From: Eutreptiella sp. 'Long Island Sound 2002'
Taxonomy: Eukaryota > Protista > Euglenida
Direction: 5' to 3'
Assembly (NCBI GenBank): GCA_964036045.1
Contig: OZ038378.1
Coordinates: forward strand, 172,732,001-172,796,000
Length of the DNA stretch: 64,000 nucleotides
Below are positions 50,101 to 62,100 of the stretch, one piece after another. The notes beneath the pieces were generated by a model. It saw only the letters and a list, made by a program, of their open reading frames with translations. It was not told where the DNA came from and did no database searches. Numbering within the stretch: the stretch's first letter is position 1; every line of letters begins with the position of its first letter. A program made the position numbers and the translations under genes.

Positions 50101-53100
50101 AAGTGCTCGTGCCCCCCACCGGCTCCGATGCTGACCCAGAGAAGCAGCCCTACCTCACGGTCCAGTACATGTACCACGAACCCGGAGCCGCCGCGGCTGC
50201 AACTGATTGCGCCGCCACGGGCGAAGAGTGGGCCATCGATCTGCAGGAACTGCACGTGTTGTTCCACCCGCGGCTGTCGCTGGACATCGCCACGTTCTTC
50301 GTACCCCCGGCAATGCCCGGGACCGAGGAGCTGGCGGCTGCCGCGCCTGCAGCGGTGGCCGCCCCCGTCGTGGGGCGGACGACGAAGTTCAAGATCCGCG
50401 GCGTGTACGTGAAGATGGTGACGACCGGGGGGCAGCACCTCGCGACCTGCAGCGCAAAGGCCATGCACACCACCGTGCACCACTATGTGAGCGGGTATTG
50501 CTGTGCTGTGCAACGGTAGGCAGGGCACCTCGTCTTTTCTTTTGGCTTTTGAAGCTGAGGAACGCTTTTGGGGAGCGGCTAAAGCAACCGCTCAACCGCC
50601 GGCGGTTACCGCCCAAATATGACTGAATGGTCACCCATTTTCTTTTTCTTTTTTTGAAGCAGGAAGCGCCCTGACAGTAAAAGAAGGGCTTACAGAATAT
50701 CTGGGCCGCGAGAAGAAAGTTGCCCTTTTGTAGGGGAGGGGGCGCGAGCCGATTGAGGTCCAAACCGCTGGTTCACGGGAGAAGGGTCGCACGATTCGGG
50801 TCCACCAGGACCATGTTGTACCTCTGGTATGGTGTTGCGTGCCGATGCGTGTCATGCGCACGCGGCCCGACAGTGCCCGGCATGGTGCTGCATTCCCAGG
50901 GACCTCCGCATGGAGATCAACCTTGGCAACGTGGCCCTGGTGGACAACTGCAACGCCGGGACGCTGCACCAAACCATCATCGGAGGCGTGTCAGACACGG
51001 ACGAGGGGCTGCTGTTTGTGACGTACGGGTACAAGCCGTACACCGGCACTGAACGGCGCCTGGTCCCGGAGTACAATCACCATTTCTATGTCGAGACACG
51101 CTCTATGCAGCTCGTGCTGGTGCCGCAGGTGTGTGTCCAGAGCTGGTTACTGCTGGTTACAGAGAGTCGAGAGCATGTCTGCATTGGCCAAGCCGCCTCG
51201 GCTTCCCCGGGGGGCGGCAGCGTGGGCACGACATTGCTCCAGTCCTTCTTGGCGGGAAGGGAGTCGAACATTTCAACCCCCAATGTTCCTCGACACGCAT
51301 GACGAACAATTCTTTTGCTTCTTCGGGCGAAGGCTTTGTGAGCGAGCAGGTGAACCAATTATCTGACACCATGTCATTTTCAGGGACCAAGATGTACCCG
51401 GGTGGCGACAGCAGGACTGTTTTATCGTTCGTACGGCCCGCTTTGCAGTTCCAATGCCACCACCCCTCACGGCTCTACACGCCCTCGTTACCACTGCCAC
51501 TGTCCCCACAAATCATACCCCTCCTGCCCCCCTACCCTATCCCGGCCTTTTTTGGCCGTGGTGCGGTTCTCCAAAGTGACCTAAGCTCGCGGAGTTCCGC
51601 GACTGCTGGGGTTCCATCTTGTCTAGCTCCCCATTTCATGCCGGAGGTAGGACCGCCTCGGGTTCCCACTGGCAGCCTCCTCAGGGAAGCCGCGGTACTC
51701 GTAATGTCTGTGTCACTAGTTGCATGTGGCTTTGGTTCTGGTTGTGGCTGGGTGATGGCTGGGACTTTGGTTGCGGTTTGGATTCCGGTTCTTGTGGTTG
51801 TTGTTGTTGTTGCGGTTGCGGTCACAGATGTGGCTGTGGTAGTGGTTATGTTCTTCCCTGAAGTTGTCGTTCGCGGTCGGGTTGCAGTTCCGGATGCGGT
51901 TGCCGTTGCTTTCGCCATTGCGCTCGCAGGCGTGGCTGCGGCTGGGCGGTTGAACTGGGGTGTCAGTGCTGTGCTTTGGGTCGGATCAAGGTTCTAGTGG
52001 TGGTTGTGCAACAACTGCGGCCCTCCAAGCACTGGAATTATGCGTACAATACAGCGCTCGGTACACACCAGGGCTGTCCTTAAGAACCCCAATTTTTTTT
52101 TTGTTAAGGACAGCCCCCAAGGACTGCCAACCGCCAACCGCCAGCAACCGCCAACCGCCACCAACCGCCAACCGCCACCAACTGCCAACCATTGTTCAAT
52201 CCTGTTTCTGTGGTTTTGTGTCTTGCCCATGTGTTGACCATGAACCGGAGTGCGTCCCCATGATGTTCGTTTCTTTTGGCGTTACAACCCCCCTTTTTTC
52301 TCCTCAAGAACAGCCCTGGCGCACACAGCCCTGGTGCACGCAGCGCTCGATGCACACAGTGCTCGGTGATTGACAGCAGATGACGTGAACCGGTTGGTGG
52401 CAACCACCAGCGGTGTGAAGCGACGGCCGTCGGTGACCAATGGTGTTTGGAGTTGGACTCTCGGCAGTCGGGAGTGGCGGTTAAATCCCGACCCAAGGAA
52501 AGGAACCCAATCGGGTCGGTGCCAAATAGGTGCAGCCGTCCAGTGCCCCTCCCCTCTTTTGGATCGGTGGCCTGTCGGTCGCCGCAAACAAGCGTTCATC
52601 ACAGCCTGGGACTGGCCCCAACCACTTTTATCATCGTCATGAACGGCTTTGGCAAGTGCTGCTGAGGCCCGCGTTGGGGTCATTTGCCTCAAGCAGAAGC
52701 CTGCCTCCGCCGCCGCCCCTCCCCCCAGGGAAGTATTAGAAAGGCCCGTACACCGTAGGAGGAGGGGGGTACCCACCCACTGGACCCTTGCCCGCCTCCA
52801 GACCAAAGTGACCATCGTGGGAAAAAACGAAATTTACCAGTTTTTGGTACACAAACTTTTGGGTCCCATCCCCCCCTCACCCCCTTCAAGTACTTCCCTG
52901 CCCCCCCCCCCCCCCCCGGAATTGCGCCGACTGCACTCGCCCTGCGGAAGTATTCAAACCTCCGGGTCAAAGGGGACCCTTCTACTCCCCTCAAATTCTC
53001 CGTTGGCTTTGCAGTTCATCAACAAAATGCTGGATTTCCTGGATGACCCCTTTGTGACGCGGATGCGGTCTGCCACGGTGGAGTCGGTGCAGCAGCTGGA

Positions 53101-56100
53101 TACCTCCGGCTTCAGCACCGAGTGGTTCAACGTGACCCTGTCCATCAACCAGCCCCGGCTGGTGGTGGCCGAGGGCTGCTACTCCTCATCCCGCGTCATT
53201 CTGGACCTCGGGACCATTGAGTTTGGCAACGAGTTGCTGACTTTGTCCGGGGAATGGTGGGAGCAGTTCAAGTTGGACGTATGGCTGTTTGCTGCGCATT
53301 CCATTCCACGCTCTTTCATCCCTTTTCTCTCCGCTACCTCCGTCCTCAGATTCTACTCTCTTGGGCGCGGCCATTTAGTGGTACAGGACAGGGGGGGAGG
53401 GGGATAATTTCGTGGGAAAATTCCGTCTTCTGGGAGGAGGCGAAAATTTCCCCTGGCGAAATCTGGGGGCTTTGGCAGTGCAGCGTGTGCGTGAGGCAGT
53501 GTACGCTTTGGGATTCGCAAGGGTGGCGTAATTTTCCCCCTCCGAAATTTTCCCGGCGAAATTATCCCCCCCCCCCCCCCCGTTACGGCAGGCCTCTTAA
53601 ACCGCTGGCACCAACCGCCATTGGATATGTGGCCCTCTGGCACTCTGACATCAGGGCGAGGAAGCCTTTCAAGAGGGCGTGGGGCAAACATGCGCCCCGG
53701 CGACTCAGTCACCAAGTGGCATCTCATGGAGGATAAGGCGCAACTAGTTGGGGGGTTTTGTGCACGAAGTACCTTGTGTTGGGGGCTTGAAGCTTGCCAG
53801 ACTGTACTTCTGTAGCACGTGTGACATGAATGTGCTTCCATGCAGTGGTTTTGTTTTGGGGGGGGGGTTGTCCCCATTACCGTCATCAAGGGACTCCTCT
53901 TCAACGATGTGGAGCTGGTTGCGATGGGTCCTGGAGGACGGGGATATGCCCGTGGCCAGCCCCCACGTGCTCGAAGGTCCAGCCTCGTGCCTTCCGGGCT
54001 CTTGAGCGGGACGATGAAGACCGTACGATGGGGTGCGTGGGGCACGATACAGGGGGGGCGGATCCATCGGCGCAAGGGCGCGGCCCCGATACGGCAGTGG
54101 GATGGCGCAGCCCGTCGGGCTTGTACGGGCCCGTGCTCAATACGGTTGCAGCGACGTCATCATTGTAGTCCACTGCTTTGCAAGCCCCTGGTGTGGGCCT
54201 GATGCGGCAGGGGTCTCGTCGCCAATCAACATCTCGGCTCTATTCTCACCTGCCCGCACCCGGGCTACTGCCCCTGCCCGAGCCCATGCCCCTGTCCCCA
54301 CCTCCGCATCACCGCCCTCTGTCCCGCAGGTGGACTACGTGCAGGCTCGCACGCACGACGGCGTAGCCGAGATCCGTCTCGTCGAGCGCTGGGGCCTTTG
54401 CAGCAAGTACCAGCGCCGCATTCAGAAGCCTCTGAAGCAGGTCGAGGTCGTGTTCCAGCATTTGGCCGTGTTTGCGTCGGAGCTGCAGTGCCGTCTGTTG
54501 TATCAGCTCCTCACGGCCCATACCTACAGCCCCCTCAAGACGGCGCTGCACATCCCCGCCTTCGAGTCCGTGGTGGTGGACAAGGACGAGTTCTTCACCG
54601 CGTCGCTGGTGCTGCACCCGCAGATGCAACTGTTTGTAAGCAACCGCCGGCAGAACTTGGTATACGAGTGCCCTTTGCGAGGGTGCGTCGGCGTTTCCGC
54701 TGCTCGCTGTACACTTTGCCATCAGAAATCACTGTTACGCGGTGTACAAACAAGACAAAGGCACATGCCCCAAAACACTTCCCACCAACCGTTGTTCCCG
54801 ATGGTTCTGTTTCTGCGTATTCACTCCATTGTCCCTCACCAATGAGAGAAAAGCCGAAGCAGGGAAGGGGAGTGCCGAGGAGGGAGGGGAGGAGAGGCAC
54901 ACAACTTTCAGGTTTATGGCCCATTGCCCTCTTCCATGCCCCATCGAGTCGCAGTTTGTTTCTGCGGTGACCCGACGCATCGGCAAAGGGAGGGGCCCGG
55001 CAAGGGCAGCTCAGCACCAACGCCGCGCATAGCCCCTCGTCACCCCTGAACAATCCACGTGCGGGATGCCGAAGGTGCCGGTCTGGCACCGGGGGTGTAG
55101 GCGTTGGAGGCACTGAAGAGGGGGGCTTGAGCCCTGATCCAAAACACGTTGGGTGGCAAGCGCACATGCCCGATGCCACGCGCCCCGACGATGCCGTGGG
55201 ATTTGCGGCGCTTGCGCCACGCCGCAAGGCTCCGTGCCGCCTGCCATCCCACCCTTTCACTCCCCGCTCGGGGTCCAGACCCCCACCGATCCTGATGGGA
55301 TTCAGGGGCAGACATTTTGTGGGTTTGCCGCTGTTGTCTTGCGTCAGCCGGTGTCTCCAGAAGAGGGCCTGTGGGGACGCATGCCGGCTTGCCATTTCAA
55401 CCGCGCGTCAGGCGGATGCCGCAACGGGAGGAGGACGGGGGGGGGGAGGACCGGTGACCCGGCATATCATGGCTTACCCCCAGTCTTACCCCCGGTTTTG
55501 CCCCCAGTCTCACCCCCAGTCTTACCCCCAGTCTTACCATGGCCACCCGGGCCTGGGCAAGGGTCACGAAACGCTTGTCCAAGCCAGGCCTCAGTCGGAG
55601 CACAGAACATCAGGAACCACTTGACCGAGGGCAAACTTCACCGGCTACACCAATGTATAACGCCCTATGTGCCCCCCTGGCCCCGTCTCACAACTGACCA
55701 AGCACCCTCCGAACTTCACGCTCTGGGGGGTGACTGAATGTGACGCGTGTCCTCGCTGGCGGGGGAGTGGACGCCAAGGGTCAGGGTGCCGTGACTGTGG
55801 GCAGTGGGGCCCACAGTCCACTGTCACCCACAAAATTACCCCCCACCCCATTCCCACTCCCCTCGAAGTGACGATGACCAACAACGAGGTCATACGAAAG
55901 GCATGACACTGGACACCACGTTGTACTACATATTTAGCCTACAAAACGTCATGGACACCTCCCCCCCCCGCATCTGATACCGAGGCTTTGTGCCAACCCC
56001 CCCCCCCCCCCGCATCCACCCAGGCACGTGGATGCCCGCGGCAGTGCGGATGCCCGCAGTAGTGCAGATGCCTGCTTGTCATAGCAGAAGGTTTAAGGGC

Positions 56101-59100
56101 GAGAGGCCCATAGGCGCCGCCACAGGCTAACAGAGCCAACCACCAAGACCATGTGCCAACCCCCCCCCCCCCCCGCAACTAACACCATGACCTCGTGCTG
56201 AACCCCCGCCCCCCCCCCCCGCAATGGCGGTGGCCCAGGCAATGTTTGTCTGTTCCAGGTGAGGGAGGGGGGGGGGTAGCAATGGTAAAAGGGGGTAAAA
56301 GGTTGGGGGATTAGAGTCTCAATCCTCCCTCAGGCGCTTCATTGTGTGTCGTCCCTTTGTTCCATGGATCTTGATTTGGACCAGCCCAGGGTCACAGGTG
56401 AGACGGGCTACAGGTTCCCAACAGGCCCCGCTCATTTGGGGGTAAGACCGGGGGTAAGACTGGGGGTTAGACTTGGGGTAGACTGGAGACCCACGGGGAA
56501 CCGGATGCGTGTCTCGTTCTCCCAGGTTCACATCCGCATTGCCGGCGACCTGGTGCTGCACTACCCGCACCCCGGCAAGGTCGTGCCATTCCTCCACGTG
56601 GATGAGGGCATGACGGTCGTCCTGCAGTGCCAGCGCATTTTCTGCAGCATCAAGCCCCCCACCGCCTCCGCCGCCTCCCCCACCCCCCGCCCGGACGCCA
56701 GCAGCTTCACGCTGTGGGACGCCACGCAGCTTGGCCTCGGCAGCGCGCTGCTGGTGCAGTGCGCGTACGGCACCCCGGCCGAGGGGCACTACGAGGCCCA
56801 GCAGCGGCACGAGATGCTGAAGGCGGAGCTGCACTTCGGGGGCGTCAGCTTCCGCCTCGTGGACGAGTTCCAGTCGCCGGTGGTGCAGTTCTCGATGGGG
56901 ACGGTCCACGGGACTTTGGTGGAGGACCAGGACGTCTCCAACATCACGTTCGAGGAGTTCGGGCTGCAGTGCGGCGTGTTCAGCCCCGAGCACCAGCAGT
57001 GGGAGCCGCTGCTGGAGGTACGGGATGTGTTGCGGGGGATGCCTTGCCTTTGGCCCAGGATCACGTAGTCGGCGTTCAAACTCTTTGCCCCTGCCGTGTC
57101 GTGCACTGCTCGATGGCCCGAAACACGGTAGCCAGCAGTGCAAATGGCGCATTCCGCGGTAGGGCACAACGTGGCGTGTGCCCTGTGCAACAACCACACC
57201 CCAAACGACCCTTCCCTGTGCACTTGAACAACGTATGGTCAAGGACACTCGGGATGACGCTGATTCGACGGCGGTTGATGGTTGGGCGAGGGTTGGCCGC
57301 CAACCGCCAACGAATGGCGGTACGAGCCTTCGACCCATTTCCCCCTCTCCTACTACTTTTGACACGCCTTTATCCCCCCCCCCCCCCTCCAACTTTTGCA
57401 GCCAGGCTGGTGACCAACACCAACCACACAAACCCAATGAAGTCTACACAAGCACCGAGTTCTTCTCGGGGGGTCCAATGGGGCCTCAGCGAGATGCCCG
57501 ATGTGGCCACACAAGCCCACCAGGGGCCGCGATCTCAAGGGAGTGACCACGGCAGTAAGTCCCAGCGTGCTGGCACTGAGAAGCGAGCAGGGGGAGAGAC
57601 ATCTTCCCTCGCGTAGCGACTCAACCAGAAAAGGGACGCACCACATCGTTAAGCGCCCAGACCAAGCCGGGATAAGGGTGCCACCAAGTGGCCCATCACA
57701 CCTCCACCCAACACGGGGCAACAACCTCAACCCAGCAACAACTCGCTCCTATGTGGAGGTGGTCCGGGGAGTCGCGCCAAGAAGTGGGCGGCCAACCACG
57801 GCAACTGGCCCACCCCACAACACCCGCTACATCCTACTCCCCCACGTAGCACCAATTCTTTCCCGCTCTTCAACCCACAGCACCCAGCACCCAGTGCGCC
57901 GCCCAACACCCACCACGGGGTGGAGCCGCCCGCTCCTACCCAACAACGGACAACACCCGCCACAACCCACCCCCGTGCGCGCCATGCGTGGCTAAGGGGA
58001 CGCAACACGTGCAGCAAAGGCACGAAGGAGAGGGTAGGGGGTTCATGTTGCGCTCGCCAAAGGAAGGACTGAGCGCGGGAACTTGGAGGTGAAAGGTTGT
58101 TATGTGCCCCCGTCGGGGAAACGACCCCGCAAGTGGACATCCCAGGGCCCACCAGCCGCCGCTGGGGAGAGGTACCTCACCGCCGGCTTGGGATGGCCGC
58201 TTGGACGCACCTGGCCAATGGCGAAGGCATTTGCCTTCCTCTACGTGGACTCGACGCAAAGAAGTGAAATAGGGCAAGTCCGGGGGCTCCGTTGGCACAG
58301 CCGACCAAAGGAATGGAAAGGGGAGGAGTGGTGAGAGGCCACAACCTACGGAGGGAAAGGCCAAGGGAAAGGAAAGGGAAGGGGAGAGGGAAGGTTAGGG
58401 CAGGGAGGAAGAGGAAGGTCACAGGGTGGTGAGAGGCCGATGGGCACCACTGCCTATGGAGGGAAAGGGTCCAAGGGAAGGGCGGCGAATGGCGATCGGC
58501 CAGTAGGCGCCGCCAGCTGTAGACGAGAACAACACACCATGGCGTCATGCCAGCCCCCCCCCCCCCCTCCGAGTAGTGGTGCCCAGTAGATGAGACCCCC
58601 AATGGAACATGCGGGATGGATTTGAGCAATGCAGTGAATGATGGCCCCACATGGGTATCCGCCGGCGTTCGTTGCGCCAGCCGACGGCGATGATACATCA
58701 ACAGCAGCCCTTGTGCATTGGGTGGGCTTCCAAGGGGGGACCGTGTTTAGTGAATGACCGGGGGCGGGTCACGACTGAACAACAACAGGCAATAGTTACC
58801 CGAGGCTCTTGATGTTGATCCGCGGCGGTTGAGAACGGATTGACGGCGACTGACGGTTGATCCACATAGGGCTGGGATGTATCCAGATCCAGTATACCTC
58901 CCATTATATCATAGACCACGGGAACAACGGGAAAACGGGGGAAAATGGGGAACACGGTGGAAAACGGTGGAAAACGGTGGAAAACGGGGAAAAACAGGGG
59001 GGAACGGGGAAAACGGGGGGGGGGGGGGGGGAGGCAAAAACAGGAAGATGGCGAGGGAAAAGGGGGGCAAACTGCGGCAAAATGGGGGGGAAACGGGGGA

Positions 59101-62100
59101 AACGGGGGAAACGGGGGGGGGAGGGATGGGGGAAAACGGGGGAAGAACTGGGTCGGGTAGGTCTGGGTGCAGCACCGGGTGTGCCATAAGGATTTTTGCC
59201 CAGTGCATCCCAGGACTGTCCACATCAATTGGCGATAAACGACGTCGGTTGTCGGTTGACCTATGGCGGCTGCGGATGGATCGATGGCGGCTGACATCAC
59301 TTATCGACAGCGGTCGACCGTTGACCCAGGGCGGTGGATGACAAATGCATGGAGGTTTAGGGGTGCCTGTGTGCCCCTGCCAATGCCCCTGCCTCTGCCC
59401 CCTCCAGTGCTACGGCCCTTCGTCCGCAGGGCTGGAGCGGCGACTGCATTGTCATCTCGGAGCTGCACGTGACGCGCAGCGTGCAGCGCCAGGACAGCCT
59501 CGTGCTGGTGGAAGCCAGCATTCCCCTTCTCTCCATCAACGCCAGCCCCCGCATCATCCGCACCATCGCCGGGCTCAACATCTTCGCCCCCATCGGCGAG
59601 TCCGACGTGCAGAATATGCGGCGTCATGAGCTGCGGAACCAGTCCGGGCGCCCCATTTCTGTCCTCGTGGCGAGCGAGTGGCAGGATCTGGAGCATTTGG
59701 ACACGCTGCCGTTCATGATCACTGGCGGTGAGGCGTCGCTGGTCGGTGGGCAGACGATGCGCATGCGCATGGGCAGCACCGAGCCCTTCGACGTGCCCAT
59801 CCACCATTCAGAGTTCTACACCATGTCGTTCCCGGGGCAGTCTTACATTGTGTCCGTGGAGCACAAGAAGCGCCGCAAGCAGGTCCCGTCCCGCACCCGC
59901 ACCGACGCGTTGTCAGACACCCACAATCACATTCGCACGCACCCCCGCACCAACATTCAAACCCTCACGGCCACACCCACACCCACATTGACACCCACAC
60001 CCACACCCACACCCACACCCACACCCACACCCACACCCACATTCACACCCACACCCACACCCACATTCACACCCACACCCACACCCACATTCACACACAC
60101 ATTTACCCACACCCACATCCGAGCAGCGTGTCATTTTGTCAACCTCTGCAACACAGCTCAGAGGCATGACGCGGTGTTCTACAAGGATGGGACTGGAGGG
60201 TACCCTGGTAAGCCTTACGCAACAGTGTGCACCTTAAGAAAAGGAGGCCGTGTCTCTTCACACCCACACATACCCTTGGCCAAAGGGGTTTGCATCTAGG
60301 CGGGTTTGGGCGGACTGGTTCAGATTTGCACAGGTTTGCCTGGGTTCTGCAGACTGGAGCACTCACATTAGTGCATGACCTGACCCCCCAGATGACTTTA
60401 CGGCTAACCCCAAACCACACACATGCAGAGAGAGGGGGGGGAATAGAGTACACACACACTGCGCGCGCGCATACACACACACACACACGCGCGCGCGCAC
60501 ACACAAAGGTTCGCCACAAAGATCATCACAACCCATGGATGACATGGATAACATGGATGCACGTTGAAAACTGTGCACGGTGTGCCTGGCTTATTTGATG
60601 TTTCAGACTGGCAAAGGGTAGGAGAGCGGGTGCATGAAGCACGTGTCAACATGAGGTGTAATGGGGATGTTGAGTAGCGCTTCACCAAGAAGTGATCCTC
60701 TCTACCAAGACGGTATACTTATGCAGTGTGCTGATGATTCGGAACACTTCCAACAGCCCTAGCCTGGCAGCATACATGGCAGTATGGCACGTCCGCATCC
60801 CATCGGAGAGATGCCATTGCTTGCCATGACTGAAGGTGCAGTTTTTTTGCCTTTACAGATTTTCGAAGAAGGCTTGGAACCCCGATCCTATTGATAGATG
60901 AGTATACATTGTCCAAAATCAAAATACTACCTCAAATTGCAAACCAAAAATCACGTTAAAAATCGCGTTACATCATGCTGCATTCGGGTCAGACCAATCA
61001 TGTTTCACTGAAAAGCACAACCTCCACTGTACCCATATCTACTGATACCCTCAGGTGACCGTCCGGACGGATGCAACGCTGCAGAATGCAACGCAGCTGG
61101 CCCTGCACTTCCTTGATGTTGGCTGGGTCATGCCGGGCGAGTCTTTCGCCCTATCCCGTGAGTGTTCCACTTTGGTACAGCTGCAGGCCATTGTAGATGA
61201 CGCGTCATACACGGGCGGCATGGCCACCAGGTCTTGGAGGTGGGGTTGGGCTGCACGCGATTGGGGGATGCTGTTGCTGTTGAGCCGAGCATGGTCTTCC
61301 GCCATTGCTTTCTCCGCTGAATGCTTTTTCTGCGGCGCGCCCTGCAGCGCGTCTGTGCGATGTTCTGCAAGGAAACAGCATATTGTGATGTCCTAGTTTG
61401 ATTGCAACATTTTTGTGTCATAGTCACAATTATTGCATCATGTGGGAATATCTTATCTCGGTGTGCATTCCAGACTCCAACAACCCAACCCAACCTTCTC
61501 GTGTTGGCCAACACATCCCTGCCACCCATGTCTCTCACCATTCTCCTTCATGGCGAAGCACAGCGGAAAGAGCAGCACCACATCCAGGACAACTGTTGTG
61601 CAACGCGTGAAGAACAGCCTATTTGGGTCCCTCGCAAGGAAAACTTTAAGACACCCCTGTTGGTAAAGAAAAGATATGGGCCATAGGGATGGACCATTGA
61701 CATGGCCCATCCCCCAGTGTAGGTGCCCAAGTTTCTGCCCAAGACCTACCAAAAAATTGACTCTGTCTCAAGCAACGGGTCGCGGTGGAGGGAAGGTGAC
61801 AACAACTGCTTGGTGGGGCCTCTTGGATAGGTTGGAAAGACTACCAATCTTGTTTGCTTTCGTTTTTTGAGGTTTGGAGACAGTGTGGAATGGAGGGGCA
61901 AAAGTGAAACCCACATCCTGTGGCGTGCCTGTAAGCCTTCTCTGAGGTGCAAAATCGGTGTCCAACCTCACTCTGTGGGCCCAGTACAGGAGCGCAGCCA
62001 ATTAGAAAAAAAAGAAGTGGTGCAGTCAACCATCCTTTGGTTGGCTCAGGTCACAGCACATTGCACTGTCATTGCACTCCCCTTTTGGCTGCGCCGCAGA

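Noticed and set aside
51532-51918. Thr-rich mucin-like minus-strand ORF
   Set aside because: Translation of GTT/GGT simple-sequence DNA within an intron.
53891-54000. Candidate exon GLLFNDVELVAMGP
   Set aside because: Exons 24 and 25 join directly with a sensible peptide (EQFKLDVDYVQART); weak acceptor.
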